DNA of 64,000 nucleotides. Origin: an uncultured Methanosarcinales archaeon. Its GTDB lineage: Archaea; Nanobdellota; Nanobdellia; Woesearchaeales; ARS49. Positions within the stretch are counted from its first letter, which is position 1. Each line of letters starts with the position of its first letter. The translations under genes were made by a program, and so were the position numbers. Below, piece after piece: positions 19,981-30,313 of this stretch. The stretch lies in the NCBI GenBank assembly GCA_964497645.1, contig CAZCCU010000002.1:3525-67524 (forward strand), written 5' to 3'. The notes under the pieces are model-generated. The model had not been told where the DNA came from. It did not search any database and saw only the letters and a list, made by a program, of their open reading frames with translations.

Positions 19981-22900
19981 TGAAAAAACTCTTACTAGCA
20001 TTACTTGTACTTTTAGCAATTCCAATAGTCCACGCAGCAGCTGACGTCACGTACAATTTCAACCAGAACAACGTCAACGCATCAGTTTACAACTGCCTTG
20101 ACTCAGCATGCAACCAAGTCGGCACGTTCGGCGGAAGCATAAGAGACGGTCCAAACGTCACAGACGGAACACTCACAATCAGATATCCAGATACTCTAAA
20201 CACGCACGGATACGGCGCATTCTTCGTAAGCAAAGGATACAGACCATTAGAAATCAGAGCAACTTGGCATACAAACGGAAACACCGGAATCGCCAGCACA
20301 TCAGTCAACTACGAATTCACCAAATACCCGATCACCTGCCGTGCAGTCGTATCACAATTAACATTCGTAAACGAATTACAACCGAACGTACCATTAGTGG
20401 TTAACATGTCTGCAAAACTTGACGCCCAGACAGCAAGCGCATTCCAATTAACCAACAACGAAGTCGGCTATGTGCCTCCAGAATTCAAGCAGGAATACTA
20501 CGGTGCTGACACCATTGTCAAAATGGAAGTGCTCCAAAGCGGCTCAGTCGTACACAGCCAGCAGCAGGAATTCAGCGCAGTCAAAGGCAACTCACTGATC
20601 GCAGACAGCACAGTACCAGTGCAATTCACATACCTGCCAACATCAACAGGAAATTTCGCAGTAAAAGTCACAGCACAAGTCGTTGACGACCAGTGCGCGG
20701 CAACAGAAGACGTAAACGCGCAAGGAGCGTTCACAGTATTACAAGCACTGCCAACAAGCCAATTCTACACAATATTGAACGGTTTAACGATCAACAACAC
20801 GCACCCGCGAATCGGACAACCAGTACTAGTTTCATACAACAAGATAACAAACCACGCAGACGGCGTACTAGGACCATTAACACCAGTCCAGACAGACGTA
20901 GATTATATCGTAAAGAACGGCGCAACAACAATATTCAGCCATACTACAACCCTGTTCGAAAACCCAGACGCAGTCAACCCAGTAACATACTCATTCACGT
21001 TCAATCCAACATCAGCAGGCGTATATAATATAACAGTCAAAGGCAGAGCAAACTCGGCAATCCCGACCACGAACCCAGAAATAACAGACGAAGAAAGCCT
21101 GCTCCTTACAGTAATCGGCTCAATGTCATACAAAGTAGCATTTAACGTAAGAAACGCAGACAACGGAACGCCAATAGAAAACGCAAGCGTTTCACTCTCA
21201 GGAATTGGAACAAACGCGACAAACGCAAATGGAACAATAAGCTTCTCACCAGTTCCAGAAGGAATGTACACTTACACGATAACAGCCCAAGGATTCGGAA
21301 CAAAGAACGACAAAGTAAGCGTCACCACAGACAAAACAATATCAGTTTCACTGCACTCAGGCGCAAACGAAAGCGACGCGAACACAGCACCATTCATGAA
21401 CCTTCCAAACCAGATTGAAGTAGAAACAGACTCATACGCACGATTCAACTACCACGACTACGTCCAAGACGACCAGGACTCAGACAGCTCACTCGTATTG
21501 AGCGTTGTCAGCGGAGACGACGACATTACAGTCAACATCAACCAATTAACAGGCGTTGTAACATTGACTCCAGAACCAAGCTTCAGCGGAAGCAACACAA
21601 TCCGGTTCAGAGTGACTGACACTCAAAACGCATCAGAAACAGACAGCATCACAGTCACTGTTGACGCGACCGCAGTCGCGCCAGTCTGGGCAACAGTCTC
21701 AGACATTGAAACAGATGAAGACACGGCAGCAGTACGCGTATTGAACTTAAGAGAATTTGTTTCAGACGCAGACACGCCAGTCGCAAACCTTGTCTTCAGC
21801 GTTGTCGGAGTTGTGCCAAGCACGCTAGCAACAGCACAAATCGACAACGGCCAATATTTGACAGTATATCCAAAGCCAGACGCAAACGACTTTGGAACAA
21901 TCAACGTCACAGTATCAGACGGCACAACAAGCGTTGAAACAAGCATAGACTTGGACGTAACACCAGTCAACGATGCGCCAGTAGTCATTGCTGTTCCAAG
22001 AATACCAAACATCAACGAAAGCACAAACTACACGCTGAACTTATCACAAGTATTCAGAGACGTAGACGGAGACCCATTATACTTCAACGTCACAGAAACA
22101 ATGAATGTAGGCTTTGCAATCAGCAACTCAGCACAACAGATGACAATACTTCCGGAATTCAACGTCACCGGCACAAGAACATTCAACGTCACAGCAACAG
22201 ACCCAAGCGGTCTGAACGCAACAGCAACATTCACACTCTACCTGAACTTTGTAGACGACTCACCATTCTTCACACAAGTCATACCAGGCATATTAACATT
22301 TGAAGAAACACCAAACTCAAGAGACCTGTCTCCATACGAAGATGACCCAGAAGACGGACCAGGCGCAAACGGAAACACACTCACATGGAAGATGCAACTG
22401 GCAAACCAGAGCAACGTCACACCTGTAACTTTCATCAGCCATCCAATATTCAACGCATCAATAAACACAACTACAGACTTCTTCCTAGTATTGCCAAAAG
22501 CAAACCAGACAGGAATCGTAGAAATGACACTGTACTTGTTCGACAGCACAGGAAAGAACGTATCACAAAACATAACAATCAACATCACAAACGTCAACGA
22601 CGCGCCAGTATTCGTAAACTTGAGCAACCAAGTCGTAGAAGCTGGAACAGCATTTGTCTATGACGTAAACGCAACAGACTCAGACCCAACAAATGATACA
22701 CTTGCGTTCAGCTTGAACAACGTCACGCCATCACTTTCAGGATTCAGCATCGACAGCGCAACAGGCATGATCAACTACACTCCAATGGTTAACGGAGCAT
22801 TCAACGTATCATTGCAAGTATGCGACAACTTCAGCGCGTGCACCAACGGAACGTTCGCTTTAACTGTTACAGACATCACAGCACCAGTACCAGACGGCCA

Positions 22901-25900
22901 GATAACGCCTCTAAACCCAAGCGTATACGCACCAAACGCAAGCTACACCTGGGGAATCAACTGGTCAGACAACGGAAACATAACAAACGTAACATTCCAG
23001 CTAGGAAACACGAACTTCACAAACGTAACACAAACCGGAAGCTTCTACCAGACAACACTACTTGACCTTGCCGCAGGAAATTACACATTCGCATGGTTCG
23101 CAAGAGACGGCGCAAACAACGTCAACATGAGCAATTCAAGCAATTTCACAATCCTGAAAGCAAACAGCACAATGGACCTATTGCTTAACGGAACAGCAGG
23201 AAACATAACAGTACCACAAACAAGCAATGTTACAGTGATGGCAAACATCACAAACACCACAGGAACTGTTTCAATATTCAGAGACGGCAACCTTGTAGGA
23301 ACAGGCGCAGCGCCATTGTCAATCAATCAATCATTCCCAGACCAAGGAACGTTCAATATCACCTCAAGCTTTGCAGGAGATCAGAATTACACAGGAACTT
23401 CAGCCACGCACTTCGTAATAGTGCCAGACACGACTCCGCCAGTATTTGGCACACAAACAGTAAGCCCAGCATCACCAGCAATGTTCACATCATTATACAA
23501 CTTTAAAGTAAGCGTGACAGACAACGTTGGAGTAGCAAACGTCACACTTGAATTAGACAATGCAACAAACAGCACAGCTTCACAGATAGGCAACACCAGC
23601 ACATGGGAAGCAAACCTGACATTCATATCGGTTGGCAACCACAGCTTCAAATGGTTCGCAAACGACTCAGCAGGCAACCAGAATTCAACTGCCATAAGCA
23701 ACTACACAGTCACACCAGGAATCGCAGCACTCACATTGACGATAAACGGAGTAGCAGGCAACACGAACGCGCAAGTAAGCGATTCAGTCACATTTGTCGC
23801 AAACGTAACAAACCCAGCAGGCGGACCAGTACAATTGTACATCAATGGAACGCTTGCATCAAGCGGAGCCTCACCTTTAACACACGTCACAAGCTTCGCA
23901 AGCACCGGAACAATGCCGATATTGGCACTATTCCCAGGCGATGCAAACGTAGCAACTGGAAACATCACAAGAACCCTCACGATAACACCAATTGTAACAT
24001 CAGCAAACATAACGCCAGCAAGCGGAGCATCATTGAACTACAGCACATTCCTCATCGCGCTTGACACAAATGGCGCGACAACCTGCAAGTGGAGTTTCAC
24101 AGACGTAGCACAAGGAAGCATGACAAACAGCTTCACCACAGCAAACGGTCTGCAACACACAGCAAACGTCACAGGCTACTTGCTAGGACCATTCAGCGTC
24201 TCAGTAGCATGCAACGGGCAGAGCGCAATCACAAACACAGACTTGAGCTACACAGCACAGAACTTCCTAGACGGAAGCACACTAAACGGCCTGAACAACA
24301 TAAACAACAGCATATTCACACAAGGAATATCAAACGTCTCAACAGTACTGAACAGCAACATAACCACGAGCGAGTCAACAAACAGCGCACTTACGAACGT
24401 TACAGCAATAAACTCAGAATTCATTGATTCAACCCTGACAAACTGCGTCGTGACAAACAGCATAGTCAAAGACATCATAGCAACAGGATGCACGTTCACA
24501 GACAGCTTTGTAGACCCAAGCAACCTGACAGGAAGCACTATAATATCAAGCAACACTATTGACAGCAACGTAACATTCTCAAACGTAACAGACAGCACGA
24601 TAGTGAACGCAAACGTCAACAACAGCAACGTAATGGACAATTCGGTAATACATGTTGGAATCAACAATGTTGAAAGCAGCAACCTTTCAAACGTTCACAT
24701 GCACAATTCAAATGTCACAAATTCAGCACTTACAGACGTATTTATGGATTTGACAGTTGTTACAAACTCAGTCATCGACTCCGCAGATTTCATATACAAT
24801 TCAACAATAACCGACTCAACGCTAGTAGATGTCCTTACGATAAGAAACTCAATCATCACAAACTCTTATGTTGAAGATTCAAGCCTATTCGATGTCACAG
24901 TAATAGACGCGAACATCACCAGCGGAGTCATATACAGTGGTGTAATAATCTCTCACTTGATTAACCTGACATACAACGCAACTCAAGACGGACCATCAAA
25001 CCTGACCAATTTTGTAAACTATGCGCCTTTTGTTTTAATGACGATAAGCCCAACCAGCGGAATCAGAGTTGGAACAACTGTAACTTTCACAGCAAACGCG
25101 TCAGACGTAAACATTGGCACACTGCTTAACGATTCAATCGTAAGATACGAATTTTACTTGATTGACGATAACACTCCTACAATAACTGTCAATACCTCAA
25201 ACACATCTGTAAGCGTCACACACGCATACAATGCAACAGGAACATACTTCCCATTCGTATTAGTTTATGATTCATTCGGAGAAGTCGGAGGCTTTGGTGA
25301 TACGGTAAACGTCTCAGCAGCACCAAGTTCAGGAGGCGGCGGAGGCGGTGGCGGTGGAGGCGGTGGAGGAGGCGGTGGTGGAGGCGGCGGAAGCAACATA
25401 CCACGCATAGCACTCACAGACACACCTGTCACAAGAATAGTCTACCAAGGACAGCCATTGCAGTTCAGCATCGAAGGCAAATTACAGCCATTGAGCGTCA
25501 CACTGCGAAGAGTGGTTATCAGCGGAAACGGTTCAACAGAATGGATGTCAAACGGAGCCCAATCAACAGTAATGACAGGCGAGCACATGCTCTTCGACCT
25601 TACAAGAGATAATATTCCAGAACTAGACCTAGAAGTTTTGAGCGTCAGCAGAGGCAGCACAACAATAAGCATGAAACTAGCAAGCGCACCAAGCGTTACA
25701 ACAATGCCTCCATTGCCAGTATTCAACTTCACACCAGTACGAGAGCAGCAACCGCCAGTGGTTCCACCACCAGCAGTTGTTCCAGTAGTACCAGTAGTAG
25801 AAGAGGAAGAAGTTGAAGTCAAAGCAGAAGTCAAGCAAGGCTTCTGGCAGAAACTCAAGGACATGTTCACAATCAAGCTCTCAGCAAAATCAGCAGCTGT

Positions 25901-25979
25901 GCGAATAGGCATAGTTATTGCAGTTGTTGTAATCGGCTTGATAGCGTACGCATTCTTCGTGCGCTGGGAATCATTTTAG
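19977..25979 (+). CDS. 2000-aa surface adhesin-like glycoprotein (cadherin-like repeats, Ig, beta-helix, PKD, TM anchor)
   Basis: Signal peptide; VNDAP repeats; Asn/Ser/Thr beta-solenoid; PKD-like domain; Gly20 linker; C-terminal TM. Confidence 0.85.
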   Translation: MMKKLLLALLVLLAIPIVHAAADVTYNFNQNNVNASVYNCLDSACNQVGTFGGSIRDGPNVTDGTLTIRYPDTLNTHGYGAFFVSKGYRPLEIRATWHTNGNTGIASTSVNYEFTKYPITCRAVVSQLTFVNELQPNVPLVVNMSAKLDAQTASAFQLTNNEVGYVPPEFKQEYYGADTIVKMEVLQSGSVVHSQQQEFSAVKGNSLIADSTVPVQFTYLPTSTGNFAVKVTAQVVDDQCAATEDVNAQGAFTVLQALPTSQFYTILNGLTINNTHPRIGQPVLVSYNKITNHADGVLGPLTPVQTDVDYIVKNGATTIFSHTTTLFENPDAVNPVTYSFTFNPTSAGVYNITVKGRANSAIPTTNPEITDEESLLLTVIGSMSYKVAFNVRNADNGTPIENASVSLSGIGTNATNANGTISFSPVPEGMYTYTITAQGFGTKNDKVSVTTDKTISVSLHSGANESDANTAPFMNLPNQIEVETDSYARFNYHDYVQDDQDSDSSLVLSVVSGDDDITVNINQLTGVVTLTPEPSFSGSNTIRFRVTDTQNASETDSITVTVDATAVAPVWATVSDIETDEDTAAVRVLNLREFVSDADTPVANLVFSVVGVVPSTLATAQIDNGQYLTVYPKPDANDFGTINVTVSDGTTSVETSIDLDVTPVNDAPVVIAVPRIPNINESTNYTLNLSQVFRDVDGDPLYFNVTETMNVGFAISNSAQQMTILPEFNVTGTRTFNVTATDPSGLNATATFTLYLNFVDDSPFFTQVIPGILTFEETPNSRDLSPYEDDPEDGPGANGNTLTWKMQLANQSNVTPVTFISHPIFNASINTTTDFFLVLPKANQTGIVEMTLYLFDSTGKNVSQNITINITNVNDAPVFVNLSNQVVEAGTAFVYDVNATDSDPTNDTLAFSLNNVTPSLSGFSIDSATGMINYTPMVNGAFNVSLQVCDNFSACTNGTFALTVTDITAPVPDGQITPLNPSVYAPNASYTWGINWSDNGNITNVTFQLGNTNFTNVTQTGSFYQTTLLDLAAGNYTFAWFARDGANNVNMSNSSNFTILKANSTMDLLLNGTAGNITVPQTSNVTVMANITNTTGTVSIFRDGNLVGTGAAPLSINQSFPDQGTFNITSSFAGDQNYTGTSATHFVIVPDTTPPVFGTQTVSPASPAMFTSLYNFKVSVTDNVGVANVTLELDNATNSTASQIGNTSTWEANLTFISVGNHSFKWFANDSAGNQNSTAISNYTVTPGIAALTLTINGVAGNTNAQVSDSVTFVANVTNPAGGPVQLYINGTLASSGASPLTHVTSFASTGTMPILALFPGDANVATGNITRTLTITPIVTSANITPASGASLNYSTFLIALDTNGATTCKWSFTDVAQGSMTNSFTTANGLQHTANVTGYLLGPFSVSVACNGQSAITNTDLSYTAQNFLDGSTLNGLNNINNSIFTQGISNVSTVLNSNITTSESTNSALTNVTAINSEFIDSTLTNCVVTNSIVKDIIATGCTFTDSFVDPSNLTGSTIISSNTIDSNVTFSNVTDSTIVNANVNNSNVMDNSVIHVGINNVESSNLSNVHMHNSNVTNSALTDVFMDLTVVTNSVIDSADFIYNSTITDSTLVDVLTIRNSIITNSYVEDSSLFDVTVIDANITSGVIYSGVIISHLINLTYNATQDGPSNLTNFVNYAPFVLMTISPTSGIRVGTTVTFTANASDVNIGTLLNDSIVRYEFYLIDDNTPTITVNTSNTSVSVTHAYNATGTYFPFVLVYDSFGEVGGFGDTVNVSAAPSSGGGGGGGGGGGGGGGGGGGGSNIPRIALTDTPVTRIVYQGQPLQFSIEGKLQPLSVTLRRVVISGNGSTEWMSNGAQSTVMTGEHMLFDLTRDNIPELDLEVLSVSRGSTTISMKLASAPSVTTMPPLPVFNFTPVREQQPPVVPPPAVVPVVPVVEEEEVEVKAEVKQGFWQKLKDMFTIKLSAKSAAVRIGIVIAVVVIGLIAYAFFVRWESF
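25332..25391 (+). repeat. GGN codon run encoding Gly20
   Basis: 20 consecutive glycine codons. Confidence 0.9.
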
Positions 25980-26032
25980 TTTTTCTTCTTAGAATTGCAA
26001 TTTATCTGTAGCTCTACGGCTTTATTTTTAGC

Positions 26033-26242
26033 TTATTCAGCAGTCTTGCGCAGCCAAATTGCCATCGCTGCTGATATCACTATGGCAACCCAACTCGGCC
26101 ATATAGCAATAGACCAGTTTCCAAACGTCACAGGCATATTGCCAATCACGCGCACCAAGTGCGCCAGAGCGACCAGCGCAAAAATAACTGCTGCCACGAT
26201 ATGAACTGTTGAATGATTGTTCTTCTTTGCCATAGAACGCAT
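26033..26242 (-). CDS. small two-TM membrane protein
   Basis: Two hydrophobic helices; TATA upstream. Confidence 0.7.
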   Translation of the reverse strand: MRSMAKKNNHSTVHIVAAVIFALVALAHLVRVIGNMPVTFGNWSIAIWPSWVAIVISAAMAIWLRKTAE

Positions 26243-26318
26243 ATTGATTTACTTATATAAATAAATATTGTATTAAATAGAACGAAAAGGTGAGTATTCT
26301 CTGCTGGTTGCTTTGTAT

Positions 26319-26828
26319 TTAGCTGACAGGAAAAAGCTCAACACCACTAGATTTTGCTATTGCTTTCAAATCTTTCCGTATTCGTTCATTTGCTTGGCGA
26401 GGGTCTCCTGGAACAACCCTTAAATCCGGGTTATCTGGCGCATAAAGTAATTTTGTTCTTGGTGTTACAACCATGCCAATAAAATCAGGATAGTGTCTCA
26501 ATTGGTCTTGATAACTTTTTATGTCTGCATCTGAAAAATGAGTTTCATAATAACTGCCGTGTTGACTGATAGTGCCTTGGCTGTGAGTGTGAAACTTCAC
26601 ATACTGGTAGTCTGGATTTTTCCTAAAGAATTCATTGGCTACTTTCATTTGTGAATCTTCCGCCACCACATGAGAAGTAGTTCCTATTCCTGTCGTAAGA
26701 ATAGCTTCGATCGGGCAATAATCCCCTTGACGTCTATACAGTAAGATGCCGTTTACTTCGTTAGTAAGTTGTGCCATTCTATCTAACGCACTGTTAAACC
26801 TTTTTGCTAGTAATACTTGTCTAGACAT
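26319..26828 (-). CDS. JAB/MPN (JAMM) metalloprotease domain protein
   Basis: E(VNGILL)...FHTH...FSDAD matches E-x(n)-HxH-x(n)-SxxD. Confidence 0.75.
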   Translation of the reverse strand: MSRQVLLAKRFNSALDRMAQLTNEVNGILLYRRQGDYCPIEAILTTGIGTTSHVVAEDSQMKVANEFFRKNPDYQYVKFHTHSQGTISQHGSYYETHFSDADIKSYQDQLRHYPDFIGMVVTPRTKLLYAPDNPDLRVVPGDPRQANERIRKDLKAIAKSSGVELFPVS

Positions 26829-27001
26829 AAAGAATCAAACAATAATCCATTATTTAAATCTTTCCATTTTTACCACTCTTGAGTGTCTAAAGTTGCAGCA
26901 ATCTATCCAAGTCTTCCGCGGATTGTTCGCTTCTTTTTATTACTTCTTATCAGTGGTAAACTATGGGAAGCTTTTTATAAGTGAGTTCTTTACGTCTGTA
27001 T

Positions 27002-28096
27002 ATGAGTGGCGCGACTGAATTCGGACGACGCAAGTTTCTCATAATGAGCGGAGCAGCACTTGGCGCAGGCTGCAGAGTAGTCTATGAAGACGGCGTTCCT
27101 GTCGCGCGCGCCACAGACGGAAAGATTGATCCTGGCGTCACTGAATATTATAAAAACACGCCACGCGTACAAGAATATGATGCCGAGATAGCAGATGTCG
27201 TGAACGAAACATGGGTGAAAGAGTTCGGGAGAAGCATTGATGACCGTATCACAATCAGATTTGTTGACAACGCCAGCGCAGTCTGCGGGCATTTCAGCGC
27301 ATGCTATGACGCAGGCCACGACGTTGAATGGAAAGAGCTTAAAGATGTACATTGGAAACGCATCTGGATGCAACGCGGACTTCCACCAATAATAACAACA
27401 AACGTAATAGCACACGAGCTGGGCCACCAGTTTGACCGTTCTGAGAGCATTCCAGAGCTGATGAGCTTCCGTCACGGAGTAAAGTCAAGCGTCCACTTTC
27501 CAGAGTTCAGCAAAAATACGGAATATGGTCTTCTGAACCGCGCGTATTATTCCATAGCAGAAGCGCACAGCGCGATCTGGACGTCATACGAACCTCCCTT
27601 AGGCAAAACACCGCACAACATGGGCAAACTTTCAGCACTATTCGCGCTGAACCAAAACAATGGCGCCTTTGAGGCTGCTCATCAAGCCCTTTTAACAAAT
27701 GGACACGCGTATGCAGACCTCACTGACCGCTTTATCGAACACGCTGCAGCACAACCTGAAGTAACTGTCATACACACACTACCAGACAAAACACAATATG
27801 CAAGCAACGGAGTGTATTTCTTCCTCGCATTCGCAGACCTTATGAACGTGGTCACGCATCAACTAATAGAAAAATACGTCAGAACAAACAACGTACTCGG
27901 TGCTGAAACTAAAGTGTCGCTGGAATACGAACTCCAAAAAGCGTCATTCAACCATCTTGGAAGCATTTACAATCCAGACATTCAAAACCCATTTATTTTC
28001 TATCCTTCAGATTACGACTACAGCATTCCTATGGGAAAATGGATGCCCGAGCCGGAAAATACCCATCCAGGACACCCGCATCCACACACAAAATAG
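27002..28096 (+). CDS. Tat-signal lipoprotein, HExxH zinc metallopeptidase-like
   Basis: GRRKFL twin-arginine motif, LGAGC lipobox, AHELGH...E. Confidence 0.6.
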   Translation: MSGATEFGRRKFLIMSGAALGAGCRVVYEDGVPVARATDGKIDPGVTEYYKNTPRVQEYDAEIADVVNETWVKEFGRSIDDRITIRFVDNASAVCGHFSACYDAGHDVEWKELKDVHWKRIWMQRGLPPIITTNVIAHELGHQFDRSESIPELMSFRHGVKSSVHFPEFSKNTEYGLLNRAYYSIAEAHSAIWTSYEPPLGKTPHNMGKLSALFALNQNNGAFEAAHQALLTNGHAYADLTDRFIEHAAAQPEVTVIHTLPDKTQYASNGVYFFLAFADLMNVVTHQLIEKYVRTNNVLGAETKVSLEYELQKASFNHLGSIYNPDIQNPFIFYPSDYDYSIPMGKWMPEPENTHPGHPHPHTK

Positions 28097-28210
28097 CTTT
28101 TTTGCCTACAAATGCAGCAACCTATCCAATTAAGGCCGTAAAAAAGCAAACGCTTAAAAACCATTGCGCATGTTTATGAGAATAAACAGTACTTATGGAG
28201 GCAGTAGAAA

Positions 28211-28411
28211 ATGAAAGGGAAAGTAAAATTTTTTAATACGCAAAAGAAATTCGGCTTCATCGCAGGTGAAGACGGAAAAGAATATTTCGTCCACGAAACC
28301 GGACTTGAGTCAGGTGTTGTATTGAACGAAAATGACGAAGTCACCTTTGAGATTGAGCAAGGAGAAGGAGGCAAAGGTCCGAAAGCAGTCAAAGTCGCGA
28401 AAGCGGCATAA
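28211..28411 (+). CDS. cspA: cold-shock protein
   Basis: GKVKFFN..K.FGFI, YFVH, GPKAV; GGAGG RBS. Confidence 0.93.
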   Translation: MKGKVKFFNTQKKFGFIAGEDGKEYFVHETGLESGVVLNENDEVTFEIEQGEGGKGPKAVKVAKAA

Positions 28412-28440
28412 TTTTTTTAAATTTTCTTTTAAGTTTTTAT
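28412..28440 (+). terminator. oligo-T archaeal terminator
   Basis: Several T-runs immediately after the cspA stop. Confidence 0.45.
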
Positions 28441-28462
28441 AATTGCAATAATCTATCTGTCA

Positions 28463-28882
28463 TTACTTCGACATTTTGTTCTGCAATGAAAACCAGTAGA
28501 ACATATGCTCTGGGTCAAACTTGAAGAATTTCTTCACACTTCCAACCTTCTTAAAACCGTTCTTTTCATAGAATTTCCGAGCCCAAACAGTTTTGCTTCC
28601 AGTATTCACGCTGATACCCCGCATTCCTTGGTCGTGCGCATACTTTTTCACGAAATCGAGAAGCTCAGTCCCTATCTTCTTTTCTCTGTAATTTTCCAAC
28701 ACAAATATGAAGTCAAGAAGAATGCGATCCTTGGATGGCTGCAAAATCACCCATCCCAACGCTTTTTCATCTTTAACAAATAAAAACTTCTTAAAGAAAG
28801 ATGCTTGGAACATTTCCTTATTTTCTTTATCCAAGTGAGGCCATACTTGAGTTCTATATTTATTCTTGAATTCGACAATCAT
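28463..28882 (-). CDS. GNAT N-acetyltransferase
   Basis: V...YREKKIGT.LL motif A; A.KFYEKNGF. Confidence 0.88.
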   Translation of the reverse strand: MIVEFKNKYRTQVWPHLDKENKEMFQASFFKKFLFVKDEKALGWVILQPSKDRILLDFIFVLENYREKKIGTELLDFVKKYAHDQGMRGISVNTGSKTVWARKFYEKNGFKKVGSVKKFFKFDPEHMFYWFSLQNKMSK

Positions 28883-28883
28883 A

Positions 28884-29285
28884 TCACAACCTCAGCATCT
28901 TGTCCAATTCTTCAGCAGCCTGTTTCATCTCTTCCATCGCTCTCTGCATGTCACGCTGCAAATCGTCGACTAACAAAGACAGGTTGTCTCCGCGCATGAC
29001 ATAACGATTGCCTTCGTGGCGGACAATACCGCGCTCCATCAAAGCATTTAGATGATGAATGACGGTCGCTCTGGTAAGACCAAGCCTATCGGACAATTCA
29101 TCACTAGACAAGCCGCCGGTAGCTTTAATGGCTTTTATTAGTTCTAGAAAAATGCGGTAACAAGACTTGTCCTTGTCACGCTCGCCAAATAAGCCAAGCG
29201 AAGACCCAAACCACTGAAGTTCATCATTTACCGACAACTGCCTGGGCCTTCGCACATTAACAATGGTGATTCTGCGGACGAACAT
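28884..29285 (-). CDS. winged-helix (ArsR-like) transcriptional regulator
   Basis: SSDELSDRLGLTRATVIHHLNAL HTH and C-terminal coiled coil. Confidence 0.8.
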   Translation of the reverse strand: MFVRRITIVNVRRPRQLSVNDELQWFGSSLGLFGERDKDKSCYRIFLELIKAIKATGGLSSDELSDRLGLTRATVIHHLNALMERGIVRHEGNRYVMRGDNLSLLVDDLQRDMQRAMEEMKQAAEELDKMLRL

Positions 29286-29287
29286 GC

Positions 29288-29638
29288 TCAGCCCAGATAC
29301 GTGGGCACGTCAGTCGTTTGTTCAGCCTTCTTCATCATCTCTTTCTGCTTCTTTTCTGCTTTTTCCAATGCCTTAGGCTTCTGAATCTTGCCGAACTCCT
29401 GCTCATACTTCTGGATAACGCTTGTCAGAACATTAAGCAAAGTCTTGGCATGCCACGGGTCAAGCATGATAACATTATGTTTTAACTGAAAACTCGGCTT
29501 CTTGCTCCTCGGATCACTCCTGGGAGTGATGCACTTGTAATCCATGGTCAGCTGCGTGGGAGTAAAATTTACCGTGACCTCGTGCGCGAAAAAAGGCTCT
29601 CCCTCATTGATGTTTATGTTAATCTGTTCTTGTGGCAT
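29288..29638 (-). CDS. DUF3467-like protein
   Basis: FFAHEVTV...L.MD..., I.LDPWHAK.L...L...I..YE..FG.I; GAGGTG RBS. Confidence 0.7.
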   Translation of the reverse strand: MPQEQINININEGEPFFAHEVTVNFTPTQLTMDYKCITPRSDPRSKKPSFQLKHNVIMLDPWHAKTLLNVLTSVIQKYEQEFGKIQKPKALEKAEKKQKEMMKKAEQTTDVPTYLG

Positions 29639-29693
29639 ATGATTCACCTCAACAGCCGGAAGATGGCTGAAGTATATAAATTTTGCCATAATT

Positions 29694-29814
29694 AAGGAAA
29701 GATTTATATATTAGTTATGTCTACTGTCAACTTCGTTGACTTAAAGTCAACCAAATGTGGGTAGGGAATTATCGACAACTTCGTTGTCGGAACTTCCTCG
29801 GAGACCTCGGAAGC
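29694..29814 (+). promoter_or_regulatory. grpE-dnaK-dnaJ promoter and leader with palindromic operator-like sites
   Basis: TTTATATA 29703-29710; GTCAAC-TTC-GTTGAC 29726-40; GTTGACTT-A-AAGTCAAC 29735-51; CGACAAC-TTC-GTTGTCG 29773-89. Confidence 0.6.
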
Positions 29815-30312
29815 ATGGACGAAAAGGACAAGAAAGAACCAGTGGAGCACGAACAGTTCAAGCAAGAACTGGCAAAGAAAGAAGCGCTGATCGCAGACTA
29901 CACTGACCATTTGAAAAGACTGCAGGCAGAATTCGAAAACTACTGCAAACGCGTTGAAAAAGAACGCAAAGACTTTGCAGGCGTTGCATCAGAAAAACTC
30001 ATTGTCAAGCTATTGCTTGTAATCGATGACTTTGAACGCGCCCTGGCGACGCTCAAAAGCGTGCCGGAAGAAGCGCGAAAAGGAATCGAGATGATTTTCA
30101 AGAATTTACACAAGATTTTGCATGAAGAAAGAGTCGAGCAGATAAAAGCAGTAGGACAAAAATTAGACCCGTACAAGCACGAAGTCCTGCTGCAAACACA
30201 AAGCGACCAGCCAGACGACATCATACTCGAAGAATTACAAAAAGGATACACGATGAATGGAAAAGTCATCAGGTATGCTAAAGTAAAAATCAGCAAACAC
30301 GGAGGAAAATAA
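29815..30312 (+). CDS. grpE: nucleotide exchange factor GrpE
   Basis: [26 protein letters not shown]......IR.A.V. Confidence 0.95.
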   Translation: MDEKDKKEPVEHEQFKQELAKKEALIADYTDHLKRLQAEFENYCKRVEKERKDFAGVASEKLIVKLLLVIDDFERALATLKSVPEEARKGIEMIFKNLHKILHEERVEQIKAVGQKLDPYKHEVLLQTQSDQPDDIILEELQKGYTMNGKVIRYAKVKISKHGGK

Positions 30313-30313
30313 A

